From the NCBI GenBank assembly GCA_041690915.1, contig JBEPVR010000002.1:1-62286 (forward strand): a stretch of 62,286 bases of DNA, written 5' to 3'. The notes beneath the pieces are model-generated. The model was not told the origin of the DNA, ran no database searches, and saw nothing but the letters and a program-made list of their open reading frames with translations. The stretch is from Alphaproteobacteria bacterium (GTDB lineage: Bacteria; Pseudomonadota; Alphaproteobacteria; UBA9655). Shown here in pieces: positions 41,212 through 51,421 of the stretch (position 1 is the stretch's first letter; each line of letters begins with the position of its first letter). The translations under genes and the position numbers were made by a program.

Positions 41212-42072
41212 ATGACCATCAGAATTGCCTCTCTTCCCCATCGAGGTGTTTTGGAAATTCAAGGAGAAGATAAAGCTGCTTTTCTGCAGGGGCTGATTTC
41301 CAATGACATTCATCACGTCACACAGGAACGTGCTATTTATGCGGCCCTTCTGACTCCTCAGGGACGCTTTTTATATGATTTTTTTATTGGGAAAAAAGGA
41401 GATTCTTTCTTTCTAGATGTCGAATCTGCTCGACTTGAATCCCTTGTCAAAAAACTTACTCTTTATAAACTACGCTCAAAAGTAACCCTTATTCCTCGCC
41501 CAGACCTGAAGATTTTTGCGATATGGGGGGAGGGGGTTGCAACCGCTCTCGATCTTTCAGAAGACCTTGGAAAAATTTATAAAAATGCTTTCATGGACCC
41601 CCGGCTTTTGGCACTTGGAGCGCGTATGATTGGGGAAATTCCGAACTCTGATTTTCAACTCGCGACGCCTCAAGACTATGATCTTCATCGCCTTGTTCTG
41701 GGCATTCCAGAAGGAGGGAGAGACTTGATTCCTGAACGGGCGATCTTGCTGGAATCTGGCTTGGATGAGCTGAATGCTATTAGCTGGACAAAAGGGTGTT
41801 ATATGGGACAAGAATTGACAGCACGCACAAAATATCGCGGTCTTGTTCGAAAGCGACTTTTTCCTGTCACCATTCAAGGGAAAGCTCCCATTGAAGGAAC
41901 GGAAGTTTTTTTCGAGGGAACCTCCGTTGGGGAAATGCTGTCCCATAACGCCTCTTATGGCCTGGCGCGCTTGCGTCTAGAAGCGGTCAAAGACCAAAGA
42001 GAATTTGAGTGTGGGGAAGCTTTCTTAAAGCCCTATACCCCCGTTTGGATGCGTCTTGAAGATCCGTCCTGA
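41212..42072 (+). CDS. ygfZ: Folate-binding YgfZ family protein (aminomethyltransferase-like)
   Basis: Signature KGCYMGQE and a GcvT-like N-terminal fold pattern. Confidence 0.8.
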   Translation: MTIRIASLPHRGVLEIQGEDKAAFLQGLISNDIHHVTQERAIYAALLTPQGRFLYDFFIGKKGDSFFLDVESARLESLVKKLTLYKLRSKVTLIPRPDLKIFAIWGEGVATALDLSEDLGKIYKNAFMDPRLLALGARMIGEIPNSDFQLATPQDYDLHRLVLGIPEGGRDLIPERAILLESGLDELNAISWTKGCYMGQELTARTKYRGLVRKRLFPVTIQGKAPIEGTEVFFEGTSVGEMLSHNASYGLARLRLEAVKDQREFECGEAFLKPYTPVWMRLEDPS

Positions 42073-42482
42073 TCTAGCGCCACAAACTCTGTAAAAGCAT
42101 TTGGAAGATGCTCGCTCATAGGCATGGACATATACCCGTTGGGGCCCTTGTAAATCACAACCGTATGAGGCGTGCTAAATTCTTGAATGACTTGCCGACA
42201 AGCCCCACATGGGGTGCAAGGAATATCTGCCTTTGTGGTGACAGCAATGGCTTTAATTTTTCCCTTCGGACCTTTTTCGGAGATCATTTTAAAAATGGCT
42301 GTTCTTTCTCCACAAGTGGTAAGACCGTAAGAAATATTTTCGATATTACATCCGGTGTAGATGTCCCCATCTTCTGTTATAAGCGCCGCTCCTATAGGGA
42401 ACTTTGAATAGGGAGTATATGATTTTTCTTGAGCTTCTTTTGCAAGAGCAATGAGTTTTTCCTGTAAATCTTTTGTGATCAT
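42033..42482 (-). CDS. cdd: Cytidine deaminase
   Basis: Zinc motifs CGERTAIF (C/HAE-type) and CTPCGACRQ. The 3' end overlaps the ygfZ 3' end by 40 nt, convergent. Confidence 0.85.
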   Translation of the reverse strand: MITKDLQEKLIALAKEAQEKSYTPYSKFPIGAALITEDGDIYTGCNIENISYGLTTCGERTAIFKMISEKGPKGKIKAIAVTTKADIPCTPCGACRQVIQEFSTPHTVVIYKGPNGYMSMPMSEHLPNAFTEFVALDQDGSSRRIQTGV

Positions 42483-42500
42483 GTTATCTCCTTTTAAGTA

Positions 42501-44588
42501 TCAACTTTCAATTTTCGAAAAATCTGCAACTTGATGCAGCGTATTTCTAAGATACGCCAGAAGGTGTAGCCGGTTTTTTCGGAGCTCTCCTTCTTCCGTA
42601 TTGACCACCACTTTGTCGAAAAAGTGGTCCACGTAAGGTCGTAGCGTAGCCAAATCCTGGACGGCTTTTACAAAATTACCATTCCTGACAAGGTCTTGAA
42701 TGTGTGGAGACTTTGACGACAAATTTGTAAAAAGAATTTTTTCTTCAGAAGCTTTTAACGCCTCTTCTCTGACTTGACCTTCATAACGTCGTTTATCTTT
42801 TTCTTCCTCAATTTTTAAGATGTTAGAGGCTCTTTTATAAGCAGTGAGAAGGTTTTTCCCGTCTGCCCCATCCATGAGCTGATCTAAAGCTTGAACTCTT
42901 AAAGCGAGGTCCGAAAAAGTGGGGCTTTCTTGGGCCACTCCCAAAACAGCATCAACATGATCATAAGGGCTTCCTTGACCATTTCGAAGGGCAAACTTAA
43001 ATCTTTCTAACAGAAACTGCCAGACTTCTGAAACGGCTTCGTCTTTACTCTTGCGAAGAGGGGGTGCGAGTTCCAACCAGGGATAAGCATCATAGGCCCA
43101 CTCTAAGACTTCAATCATGGAAAGACTGAAGTGAGGGTTTAGAGAGAGAGCAATGAGACTCAAACCTGCCCGTCTTAAGGCAAAAGGATCTTTGGAACCT
43201 GAAGGTGTAATACCAATGGTGAAAAAACCCATAAGCGTATCTAAGCGATCAGCCATTGCTAAAATTAAGCTCGGAATGGCATCAGGAATTTCTCCTCCTG
43301 AAACCTTGGGCCAATAATGTTCTTCAATGGCGCGGGCAACGTCAACGGATTCACCTTCGTTTTGGGCATAATAAAATCCCATAATACCTTGAAGCTCTGG
43401 GAACTCACCCACCATTTGACAGGCAAGATCAGCTTTAGAGAGAAGGGCTGCGCGCTCCACAATTTTTGAATCCGCTGTGGTCTTGTGAGCGATCTGAGAG
43501 GAAAGCTTGACAAGCCTTTCCACCTTATCAGAAAGACTCCCTAAGTGCTGATGAAAAAGTCTGGTTTTTAAAGCGATATTAAAATGTTCTAGGGGCTTTT
43601 TTTGATCTTGCTCCCAAAAAAATTGTGCATCTGCGAGGCGGGCTCTTAAAACCCGCTCATTTCCAATAACAATTGTTTTTCCCTGGTCAGACGTTTCAGT
43701 ATTCGCAATGAGCCCAAAGTTGGGAGCAAGTTTTCCTTGCGCATCTATGAGAGGAAAATAGCGTTGGTGGACTCGCATAGGCGTTGTGATGACTGGAGGA
43801 GGAAGGTTCATGAAATGTTTATCGACTTCTCCCTTAAGGGCGATGGGCCACTCCACAAGGCCAGTAACCTCATCTAAGAGAGCTTCATCTTCCAGAGGCA
43901 CCAAGTGGGAGTCGTGGGCAATTCGTGTGACTTCTTTCTGAATAAGCTCCTTGCGTTCTTTCCAATCTAAAATAACAAAATGGGCCCTAAGCTTTTTCTC
44001 ATAATCTTGAAAATTATCGACTGTAAAAAGTTCGGGAGCCAGAAACCGATGCCCTTGCGTCTGATTTGAAGCTTCACATCCTGCATAGGAAAAAGGAACA
44101 ATGTCCCCCTCAAAAATACTAAGAAGTCTCCGAATAGGCCGAACCCAAGAAACGGAAAGGGTTCCCCACCGCATGGATTTAGGCCAACGAAATTTTTCGA
44201 GAAGGGAAGGGGCAATTTGAGAAAGAACCTCTTGCGTAGGGCGGCTAGGATGGTTTTTAATCACAAACAGAAATGATCCTTTAGGCGTTTCTCTGATTTT
44301 ACAGTCTTCGCGTTTGACACCCGCAGTTTTTAAAAAACCTTCAATGGCCGTCGGAGGCGCATCGATGTGAGGTCCTTTTTTCTCTTCTGTTTTTTCAGAT
44401 GTATGAATGGGAAGTCCTGCGATAACGGCTGTTAACCTGCGAGGCGTTACAAACGTTTGGATACTTTCATAAGATAAATCCTTTTCTTTCAAAAAAGCTT
44501 CGGTCAATGTCTTCAATTGCTCTTGAGCCTCGGGTTGCATACGAGAAGGAATTTCTTCTGAGAAAATTTCAAGGAGCCATTCAGCCAT
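42501..44588 (-). CDS. glyS: Glycine--tRNA ligase beta subunit
   Basis: Typical N-terminus [14 protein letters not shown] and the expected length. I chose the ATG at 44588, which overlaps the glyQ stop by 8 nt, over the ORF-track start at 44645. Confidence 0.9.
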   Translation of the reverse strand: MAEWLLEIFSEEIPSRMQPEAQEQLKTLTEAFLKEKDLSYESIQTFVTPRRLTAVIAGLPIHTSEKTEEKKGPHIDAPPTAIEGFLKTAGVKREDCKIRETPKGSFLFVIKNHPSRPTQEVLSQIAPSLLEKFRWPKSMRWGTLSVSWVRPIRRLLSIFEGDIVPFSYAGCEASNQTQGHRFLAPELFTVDNFQDYEKKLRAHFVILDWKERKELIQKEVTRIAHDSHLVPLEDEALLDEVTGLVEWPIALKGEVDKHFMNLPPPVITTPMRVHQRYFPLIDAQGKLAPNFGLIANTETSDQGKTIVIGNERVLRARLADAQFFWEQDQKKPLEHFNIALKTRLFHQHLGSLSDKVERLVKLSSQIAHKTTADSKIVERAALLSKADLACQMVGEFPELQGIMGFYYAQNEGESVDVARAIEEHYWPKVSGGEIPDAIPSLILAMADRLDTLMGFFTIGITPSGSKDPFALRRAGLSLIALSLNPHFSLSMIEVLEWAYDAYPWLELAPPLRKSKDEAVSEVWQFLLERFKFALRNGQGSPYDHVDAVLGVAQESPTFSDLALRVQALDQLMDGADGKNLLTAYKRASNILKIEEEKDKRRYEGQVREEALKASEEKILFTNLSSKSPHIQDLVRNGNFVKAVQDLATLRPYVDHFFDKVVVNTEEGELRKNRLHLLAYLRNTLHQVADFSKIES

Positions 44589-45447
44589 GGGAATTCTCCA
44601 TCCAAAGCTCACAACACTGTCGAGCGATTCCTCGCACACGACCAATATAATTAGCCCGCTCCGTGACGCTTAAAGCTCCGCGGGCGTCTAGAAGGTTAAA
44701 GAGATGACTTGCTTTAAGGCAATATTCATAGGCGGGAAGAACCAGCTTATTTTCTAAAAGATGACGGCACATGCTTTCTGCATCGTCAAAATGGCGGAAG
44801 ATCATGGGAGCATCGGCGTGCTCAAAACTAAAGGCTGAAAACTCTTGCTCCATTTGAAGCGCTACATCTCCATAGGTCATTGCAGAAGGCCCCTTCGGAT
44901 CATTCCACGTTAATTCATATACATTCTCGATACCCTGAAGCGTCATAACAAGTCGCTCAAGTCCATAGGTCAGTTCCGCTGAAACAGGATTACAAGGAAA
45001 GCCGCCCATTTGCTGAAAGTAGGTAAATTGGGTGATTTCTTGGCCACCCGCCCATACTTCCCAGCCCAAACCAGACGCGCCAAGAGTAGGGCTTTCCCAG
45101 TCATCTTCCACAAAACGAATATCATGAAGGATGGGATCAAGACCGATGTATTTTAAACTTTCAAGATACATATCCTGAACATCAGGGGGAGAAGGCTTTA
45201 AGAGGACCTGATATTGGTGATGACGGTAAAGGCGATTCGGATTTTCCCCATATCGCCCATCTGCTGGCCTGCGAGAAGGTTGGACATAAGCTGTACGCCA
45301 GGATTTTGGACCCAAAGCTTTTAAAGTTGTTGCAGGATGAAACGTTCCCGCCCCCACTTCCGCATCATAGGGTTGCAATATAACGCATCCCTTTTGCGCC
45401 CAAAACTCTTGAAGCTTTAAAATAACAGTTTGAAAGTCAGTTTTCAT
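44581..45447 (-). CDS. glyQ: Glycine--tRNA ligase alpha subunit
   Basis: Highly conserved sequence ([37 protein letters not shown]). Confidence 0.95.
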   Translation of the reverse strand: MKTDFQTVILKLQEFWAQKGCVILQPYDAEVGAGTFHPATTLKALGPKSWRTAYVQPSRRPADGRYGENPNRLYRHHQYQVLLKPSPPDVQDMYLESLKYIGLDPILHDIRFVEDDWESPTLGASGLGWEVWAGGQEITQFTYFQQMGGFPCNPVSAELTYGLERLVMTLQGIENVYELTWNDPKGPSAMTYGDVALQMEQEFSAFSFEHADAPMIFRHFDDAESMCRHLLENKLVLPAYEYCLKASHLFNLLDARGALSVTERANYIGRVRGIARQCCELWMENSHG

Positions 45448-45579
45448 AAGGTGATAAAGCTACATTTAAATTTAAAGTACCTTACTCATCAAGATCCTTC
45501 GTGGTCAAGGAATTCTCATTCAAAAGATTCTTCAGATTTTTTCTTCAATGTGAGGTTATGCATTTTTGGCTCCTTGGGG

Positions 45580-45746
45580 GAGAGAATTATTATTTTTCCC
45601 AACTCTTATAGAAGGTGAAACCGTTTGGCTTTCTCTGGCTCAATTGGGTGAGCTTTTTGATAAAGATAAGTTTGTCATCTCGCGGCATTCGTCAATGGGC
45701 AACCCAAAAACTTAAAGAGTATCTTGTATCAGTAATATGGCCTTAG
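45580..45746 (+). pseudogene. Degraded RhuM-family (virulence protein RhuM-like) gene remnant
   Basis: Two fragments in different frames resemble the RhuM N-terminal and central blocks: EGETVWLSLAQLGELFDKDKFVISRH and RGIRQWATQKLKEYLVS. They abut each other, implying a large internal deletion plus frameshifts. There is no intact ORF. Confidence 0.4.
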
Positions 45747-45938
45747 TTGCTCCAGCCTTACTTATAGCGGAAAGCGACCCTATTAATAAAGATAAAATGA
45801 TTCGCCTGATTATAAATATGCTTGTTTCTTAAAAGAAAATCGTGACTGAATCCTAACAGATAAGGTACATTCCTTCCTAAGAATCTTTGGGGTCAAGGAT
45901 TTCTACTTTATTGTTTTATAATTAAAGGTTGGTGGTAG

Positions 45939-46574
45939 TTGGTGAGTCAAAAATATTCGAGAACTTTTTTTTTTACTGCGCTGAAATCTTCGACTTTGCT
46001 TGTTTTTGTTTTGGGATGTGGCATAGGATTCACCCTTTACCCTTCTTTAAATCCTCAATGGACCGTCTCTTCTTCTAAACCGGCCCACATTCGGGCGTGT
46101 TTTAGCCCTGAAGGACATTGCACAGATCTTATTGTTTCAACTATTGAAGCGGCCAAGTCTTCTATACTTGTCATGTCTTATTCCTTTACTTCCCCTCAAA
46201 TTGCACGCGCTTTAATTGAGGCTTATGAAAGGGGGGTTCATGTAAAAATTCTTATTGATAAATCACAACTTAAAGGGAAGCACTCTCAACTTCCTCTTCT
46301 CTTTCAGAAAGGCATCCCTGTTTTTATTGATTCAGCGGCAGGCATTGCTCACAATAAGACCATGGTTTTCGATGATCGCTGGGTACTGACAGGAAGCTTC
46401 AATTGGACCAGAGCTGCCGAGTGTAGAAACGCTGAAAACATCTTGCTTATTGAGGATTCTAAGCTTGCTAACATTTATAAACACAATTGGGAGGGCAGAA
46501 TGAAAAGAGCTCGACGGCTTTCTCATCACCCCTCTCGACTTTCCACCTCTATAGGCTCTGGAGGAGCCCTGTAA
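45939..46574 (+). CDS. pld: Single-HKD phospholipase D / Nuc-family protein with an N-terminal hydrophobic anchor
   Basis: HKD motif AHNKTMVFDDRWVLTGSFNWT matches HxK-x4-D-x6-GSxN. N-terminal hydrophobic segment LLVFVLGCGIGF. The ~200-aa size matches Nuc and the rickettsial Pld. Confidence 0.7.
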   Translation: MVSQKYSRTFFFTALKSSTLLVFVLGCGIGFTLYPSLNPQWTVSSSKPAHIRACFSPEGHCTDLIVSTIEAAKSSILVMSYSFTSPQIARALIEAYERGVHVKILIDKSQLKGKHSQLPLLFQKGIPVFIDSAAGIAHNKTMVFDDRWVLTGSFNWTRAAECRNAENILLIEDSKLANIYKHNWEGRMKRARRLSHHPSRLSTSIGSGGAL

Positions 46575-47758
46575 ACGCGCGCATGGATCCGCCCCCAAAC
46601 CCGCTCAAAGACACGGCACAGGGCTCCATTAGCAACCACATTGCAACTCGTAATCAGGGGATCTAAGAAGACATTCAGCGCCAAGATGATAGCAATCATT
46701 TCAGCATTAAAATCTAAATAAGTTTCATAAAGAGGGAGCATAATAAAAATTGCTCCTCCTAAAACCGCAGCTGTAGCAAAGCGAGCCAAGACAAAGACAA
46801 AGCTAAAATGGAGCCACATCATGAGGTCAGGATTTACGCCATAGAAATGTCGATAGATAAGAAAGCATAAAAAAGCATTTGCGATACAGTCCCCAATTTG
46901 TTGGATATTGGTTGTTGCAGGAATAATGGCTTGAGCAAGATCCGGATTTTGAAGATTTTTGGCCGTACCTTTAATTGTCCATGGCATGGTGGAGAGGCTA
47001 CACCCAGAGGTTAAGGACATTCCTCCGGCAGGTAAAAGGTTTTTGATATGGGTCATGACGTTTCGGAGGGAAGACCCCGCTCCAAGCGTAAATAAAAGGA
47101 AAAGGTATAAAATTAAAAAGAGGGTAAGCCATAGGACCAAAAGGGAATAATGGGTAAAAACATGATTGAGTAACTGGGTTTGGTACATTTGAACCGCAAA
47201 TCCCAAGATAAAAAGAGGAATCAGGCGTGCAAAAACACGGGTGAGGATCCACTCAACTATTTTCTTCCCTTGCGCAATCGTTCGCGTCAGGAAAGGATTT
47301 TTCGTAAAGGCATTAAGACATCCCAAGACAAGACCTACCAGCGCCCCCTTTTCAGCTGACCACCAACTGGGTTTGTTGAAGGGCAAGCGCCATAAGGTTG
47401 TAAAATCATTCGTTAGCGTTGAAACCGCAAAGGAAGGCAAGTAATCTGCGGATAAATGCGCGCACACATAAGCGTAACAGACACTGCTAAAGTTTGAAAA
47501 TCCTTCAAATAAAAGGAGAATAACGACAAATAGGGGGGCTTTTCGTTCAAAGGAACTGACAGAATAGGCAATAAATAAAGCGACGGTTAAGGGCATCACC
47601 CAAATAAGAATATCTTTAATGAGGAGGCTAATCGTGTAAAATATTTGGTGTCCGAAAAGAGGTAAAAAATCAGAAATCAAAAGATAGCAGGATAAAACAA
47701 GAAGGATTTGAAGACTTCTTTGGTTGATGGCCTTAAATAGGATTTCTTTCATCTCCAC
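46526..47758 (-). CDS. Dicarboxylate/amino acid:cation symporter (DAACS) family transporter, divergent
   Basis: Polytopic membrane protein. It has degenerate counterparts of DAACS blocks: SGCSLSTMP, ATTNIQQIGD and C-terminal NVVANGA. Confidence 0.55.
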   Translation of the reverse strand: MEMKEILFKAINQRSLQILLVLSCYLLISDFLPLFGHQIFYTISLLIKDILIWVMPLTVALFIAYSVSSFERKAPLFVVILLLFEGFSNFSSVCYAYVCAHLSADYLPSFAVSTLTNDFTTLWRLPFNKPSWWSAEKGALVGLVLGCLNAFTKNPFLTRTIAQGKKIVEWILTRVFARLIPLFILGFAVQMYQTQLLNHVFTHYSLLVLWLTLFLILYLFLLFTLGAGSSLRNVMTHIKNLLPAGGMSLTSGCSLSTMPWTIKGTAKNLQNPDLAQAIIPATTNIQQIGDCIANAFLCFLIYRHFYGVNPDLMMWLHFSFVFVLARFATAAVLGGAIFIMLPLYETYLDFNAEMIAIILALNVFLDPLITSCNVVANGALCRVFERVWGRIHARVYRAPPEPIEVESREG

Positions 47759-47773
47759 TCCCCTTGTAAGCTA

Positions 47774-48511
47774 TTATGACAGCTTTCGACTTTTAAAGCT
47801 TCCCACTTGTTCTTTAAGAACCTTGGAAAGGACAGCTTTGACTTCTCCTGGTGTAAGCGTTCCGAGTTGAAAAGGCCCATAGCTCATACGAATAAGGCGA
47901 CTTACAGGCCACCCTAGAAACTCAAAAACACGTCTTAACTCTCGGTTTTTCCCTTCTTGAAGACTTACGGTAAGCCATGCGTTATCTCCTTGTTGGCGAT
48001 CCAGAATGGCCGTAATAGCTCCATAGTGAATTCCTTCAATGGTAAGACCTTTCTGCAGTTTCTTTAATTCGCCCTCATCTACTTTTCCATGAACACGGAC
48101 GCGATACCGCCGGACCCACCCCGTTGAAGGAAGTTCTAAGTGTCTCGAAAGCTCTCCATCATTAGTTAACAACAAGAGGCCTTCACTGTTTAAATCAAGG
48201 CGCCCTACGGAAATAACACGAGGAAGATCTGGCGGCAGAGATTCAAAAATGGTGGGCCGACCGAGCTCATCTTTATGAGTTGTGACAAGACCTTTGGGCT
48301 TATAATAAAGCCACATTCGCATGGCCTCAGCTTGGGGGAGGGGCTTGCCATCAACGAAAATGCGGTTTTGAGACGTTACACAGAAAGCTGGGCTTTCTAA
48401 AACTTTCCCATCGACACGAACGCGGCCTTCCTGAACCCAAACCTCTGCGTCACGCCGTGAACATAAGCCTGCGCGAGCCATGACTTTTGCAATTCGTTCG
48501 CCTTTATCCAA
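47774..48511 (-). CDS. rluB: RluB-type rRNA pseudouridine synthase (S4 domain + RsuA/RluB catalytic domain)
   Basis: S4 block ERIAKVMARAGLCSRRDAE and catalytic GRLDLNSEGLLLLTNDG. The longest ORF (to 48727) runs deep into the upstream gene. I propose the TTG at 48511, which keeps the S4 N-terminus. The start remains uncertain. Confidence 0.75.
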   Translation of the reverse strand: MDKGERIAKVMARAGLCSRRDAEVWVQEGRVRVDGKVLESPAFCVTSQNRIFVDGKPLPQAEAMRMWLYYKPKGLVTTHKDELGRPTIFESLPPDLPRVISVGRLDLNSEGLLLLTNDGELSRHLELPSTGWVRRYRVRVHGKVDEGELKKLQKGLTIEGIHYGAITAILDRQQGDNAWLTVSLQEGKNRELRRVFEFLGWPVSRLIRMSYGPFQLGTLTPGEVKAVLSKVLKEQVGSFKSRKLS

Positions 48512-49220
48512 GGGAGGCCTCAATGAAAGCTTTAAATACAGCTTCTTCTTGAGGTGAGGTAAGAAATTCAGGATGCCACTGAAGACCAAGACAAAACTTG
48601 TATTTTGGGGCTTCAATACCTTCGATAATACCATCCGGTGCCATCGCATTAACGACAAGATCTTCCCCCAAGGCTTTGATGGCTTGATGATGGGTACTGT
48701 TGACGGAGAGCTCTTCTTGTCCCGCAATATGATGAAGGAACGTGCCTTTTACGATGTTAACAATATGGCTGGGGGTTTGCTGAGAAATCTTTTGAGTGTG
48801 TTCAAGACAATCGGTGACTTCATCAGGAATATGTTGAATGAGCGTCCCCCCAAAAACCACATTGAGAAGCTGCTCTCCCCCACAAATCCCTAAAACAGGA
48901 AGATTCTCTTCAAGAGCAGCACGCGTGATTTCGATTTCAAAATTCGTTCGTTGAGGTTTAATCAGAACCGCAGGGTGTCGCTCTTGAACACCATACAAAG
49001 CAGGGTCAACGTCGTGCTCACCTCCTGTAATCAAAAGACCGTCAATTAAGGAGAGATAATCACTCACAAGAGAGAGGTCATGGGTAAGAGGGAAGGGGAT
49101 CCCCCCGGCTTTCACCACAGACGAGCAGTAATTTTCCCTAAGAGCATACCAGGGATATTGAGAATAGCCGCCCGGTCCTCGCACATCAAATGTAACACCA
49201 ATAAGAGGTTTTTTTATCAT
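48504..49220 (-). CDS. Class I glutamine amidotransferase-like peptidase C26 (gamma-glutamyl-GABA hydrolase family)
   Basis: Nucleophile block LGICGGEQ and a His/Glu block (GLQWHPE). Confidence 0.8.
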   Translation of the reverse strand: MIKKPLIGVTFDVRGPGGYSQYPWYALRENYCSSVVKAGGIPFPLTHDLSLVSDYLSLIDGLLITGGEHDVDPALYGVQERHPAVLIKPQRTNFEIEITRAALEENLPVLGICGGEQLLNVVFGGTLIQHIPDEVTDCLEHTQKISQQTPSHIVNIVKGTFLHHIAGQEELSVNSTHHQAIKALGEDLVVNAMAPDGIIEGIEAPKYKFCLGLQWHPEFLTSPQEEAVFKAFIEASLG

Positions 49221-49352
49221 GACATTCCTTTTAAACTTTGTTCATAATCAATATAACAAAAAATGTTAAAATTGCTATTTTTCTCTTGAAGGTGTGAGAG
49301 GCAACTTAAAAACAGGAGGGAGATACAATATTTGGGGAGTTATATTAAATTT

Positions 49353-49916
49353 TTACCACTGGAAGCCCTGCAAAAAAGAGGCGGCTCTTTCCAAGTTAGA
49401 TAAACCCTTATCCAGAAAAACCATTGTTTTTCCGAGATCGGGGCTGTCATCATTAAGCCATGTTCGAAGGGTTAATAGATAAAGAGCCAAGAGGCCTTGC
49501 ACACGTAACATACCCGTAAGTCCTCGGGTGTCCAAGCCAGCGGCTTCTACCATCCATGTCATGGAAGAAAATCCTTGGCAACCTAGGGCAGGGGCATCTT
49601 GCGGGGAGAGAATCCAATCTTTCCAAAAGCTTTTGATAACAGGTTTGTAGATAAGAGCTGCATCAAAGCGGGCCATTAAAATTTCGAATAAAATATCCTT
49701 GGGTAATAAACTTTCAGAGGAGAATTCTGAAGTCTTAAGAACCTTCTCATCAATTTTACGAAACAAATGAACCATCACATCCGAAGAAGTTGAGAAGTGC
49801 TTATGAAAAACAGCGAGAGGAATACCTGATTCCTGTGCAGCTTTTGCAAAAGAAAAAGATTTCCATCCCTTCCTTTCAATACTCTCAAGGCAGGCCTTAA
49901 AGGCTTTTTCTTTCAT
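49353..49916 (-). CDS. TetR-fold / COQ9-like (RpsU-divergently-transcribed-type) protein
   Basis: The N-terminal pattern (...GWKSFSFAKAAQESGIPLAVFHKHF...) resembles alphaproteobacterial COQ9-family proteins. The assignment is tentative. Confidence 0.4.
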   Translation of the reverse strand: MKEKAFKACLESIERKGWKSFSFAKAAQESGIPLAVFHKHFSTSSDVMVHLFRKIDEKVLKTSEFSSESLLPKDILFEILMARFDAALIYKPVIKSFWKDWILSPQDAPALGCQGFSSMTWMVEAAGLDTRGLTGMLRVQGLLALYLLTLRTWLNDDSPDLGKTMVFLDKGLSNLERAASFLQGFQW

Positions 49917-50718
49917 CGCCTAACTCTCTTGCTCGGTTATAACCCGCTTTTACGGCAGCTTCGATAAGATTATACAGCTTGCCCGTTTCTAAAACCTTAA
50001 GAGCTTCTGCTGTTGTTCCTTTGGGGCTTGTGACGTGTCGACGCAGCGCCTGAGGAGATTCAATTGAATCGCAAGCATACTTTGAAGCCCCTAAAAAGGT
50101 ATGCAGGGAAAGATGAAGGGCCGTTTCTTTGTCAAACCCTAAAGACACTGCGGCATGAGCTAAAGATTCAATCATCAAGAAAACATAAGCCGGTCCTGAG
50201 CCAGAAATGGCAGTCATTTTGTCAAGCTCATCATCTGACTTAACCCATGTGCAAAATCCAAGGCCCTGAAAGCAGGTCTCTGCCATCATTTTGTGATTGG
50301 CTGTCACATGAGTGTTGGCCAGCAGACCTATGACACCTTGATGAATGCTGACGGGGGTGTTGGGCATGGCACGTACAAGAGAAAGGGTAAGGGGGAGATG
50401 AGACTCATAAAACCCCAGAGATTTTCCTGTGGCTACCGTAATAAAAAGCGAGTTAAAAGACTTATAGAGCGACAGAATATCTTTCAGAATAAAAGGTTTT
50501 ACAGCGAAAACAATAATGTCTGGTTTGTGGGGAAGTTGGTCTGGTGATGAAATCCAGTGAACACGGTGATCTTTCAGAAAGGGGTCTACTTTTTCACGAT
50601 TAGGCGCAATCACCCAAAAATCCTTAAAGCGCGATTCTAAATCAGGAAGAGTCAACCAACCCTGAAGAAGAGCAGACCCCATGGCACCGCAGCCAACAAG
50701 GGCAAGGGAAACCCCCAT
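49897..50718 (-). CDS. proC: Pyrroline-5-carboxylate reductase
   Basis: Rossmann motif LVGCGAMGSAL and a C-terminal VTSPKGTTAEAL block. I chose the start at 50718 (MGVSLALVGCG), which overlaps the upstream stop as TAATG. Confidence 0.85.
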   Translation of the reverse strand: MGVSLALVGCGAMGSALLQGWLTLPDLESRFKDFWVIAPNREKVDPFLKDHRVHWISSPDQLPHKPDIIVFAVKPFILKDILSLYKSFNSLFITVATGKSLGFYESHLPLTLSLVRAMPNTPVSIHQGVIGLLANTHVTANHKMMAETCFQGLGFCTWVKSDDELDKMTAISGSGPAYVFLMIESLAHAAVSLGFDKETALHLSLHTFLGASKYACDSIESPQALRRHVTSPKGTTAEALKVLETGKLYNLIEAAVKAGYNRARELGDERKSL

Positions 50719-51227
50719 TAAGCTTCTCCGTGAGTATCCAACATAGCAGCCAGAAGAGCTTCTTCCGGAGTTTTCCCTCCCCATAAGACAAATTGAAGGG
50801 CGGGATAAAGACGGTCACATTCTGTAACGGCAGTACTTAAAATTTCTTCCATTTGCTCGAGAGTGGCTCCAGGATTTCCTCGCAACGTTAAGCAATAGCG
50901 ATAGACGGGGGTTTCATCATCAGGCGAAATTTCAAAATGTCCCAACCAAATTTTTGGGTTGAAAGCAGAAAGAAGAATTCCGATTTGGGAATGTTTGTCT
51001 TGGGGAACTTTAATATCGATCAAAGAGCTGAGGATTAAACATTCTAAATCTTGACGCCACATGGCAAAAAGACGATAAGTACACCATCTGCCTTCAATCT
51101 CAGCAGCTATTTCGCTTTCACTGGTTCGGTCGTAATTCCATTCAAATTGAAAAAAGAGCTCTTCCAGTAAGCTAATGGGCGAAGAATAAGGAAAATAATT
51201 TTCCTGAGGGTTGGGCTGCATACTCAA
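50718..51227 (-). CDS. YbjN-domain protein
   Basis: Size, sequence character and position directly upstream of proC, which is the usual alphaproteobacterial arrangement. Confidence 0.6.
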   Translation of the reverse strand: MSMQPNPQENYFPYSSPISLLEELFFQFEWNYDRTSESEIAAEIEGRWCTYRLFAMWRQDLECLILSSLIDIKVPQDKHSQIGILLSAFNPKIWLGHFEISPDDETPVYRYCLTLRGNPGATLEQMEEILSTAVTECDRLYPALQFVLWGGKTPEEALLAAMLDTHGEA

Positions 51228-51421
51228 AACTCATTTCTTGTTAACTTTAGAGACCATAACTCTAATAATAAAAAATTGCATCTGTTTTTATAGTTGCACT
51301 TTATCCTCTTAATCTTGCAAGCGCATACACAGAAAAAATTTTCCATTGCACTTCAGGCTTGGCTTCTTTACATATTGAGAGCGGTGTCAATGCCATTAAC
51401 CTTAACATCGCGAGTATTTTC

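Noticed and set aside
45430-45618. A 62-aa ORF starting next to the glyQ start codon
   Set aside because: Its 3' part coincides with the first fragment of the RhuM-like remnant (ERIIIFPN...). It is better explained as part of that pseudogene than as a gene.
51228-51421. A sigma-54 (-24 GG / -12 GC) promoter and NtrC sites upstream of glnA
   Set aside because: A TGGC element is present, but the -12 GC is missing at the required spacing. The TGCA-containing half-sites do not form the TGCACC-N5-GGTGCA palindrome.
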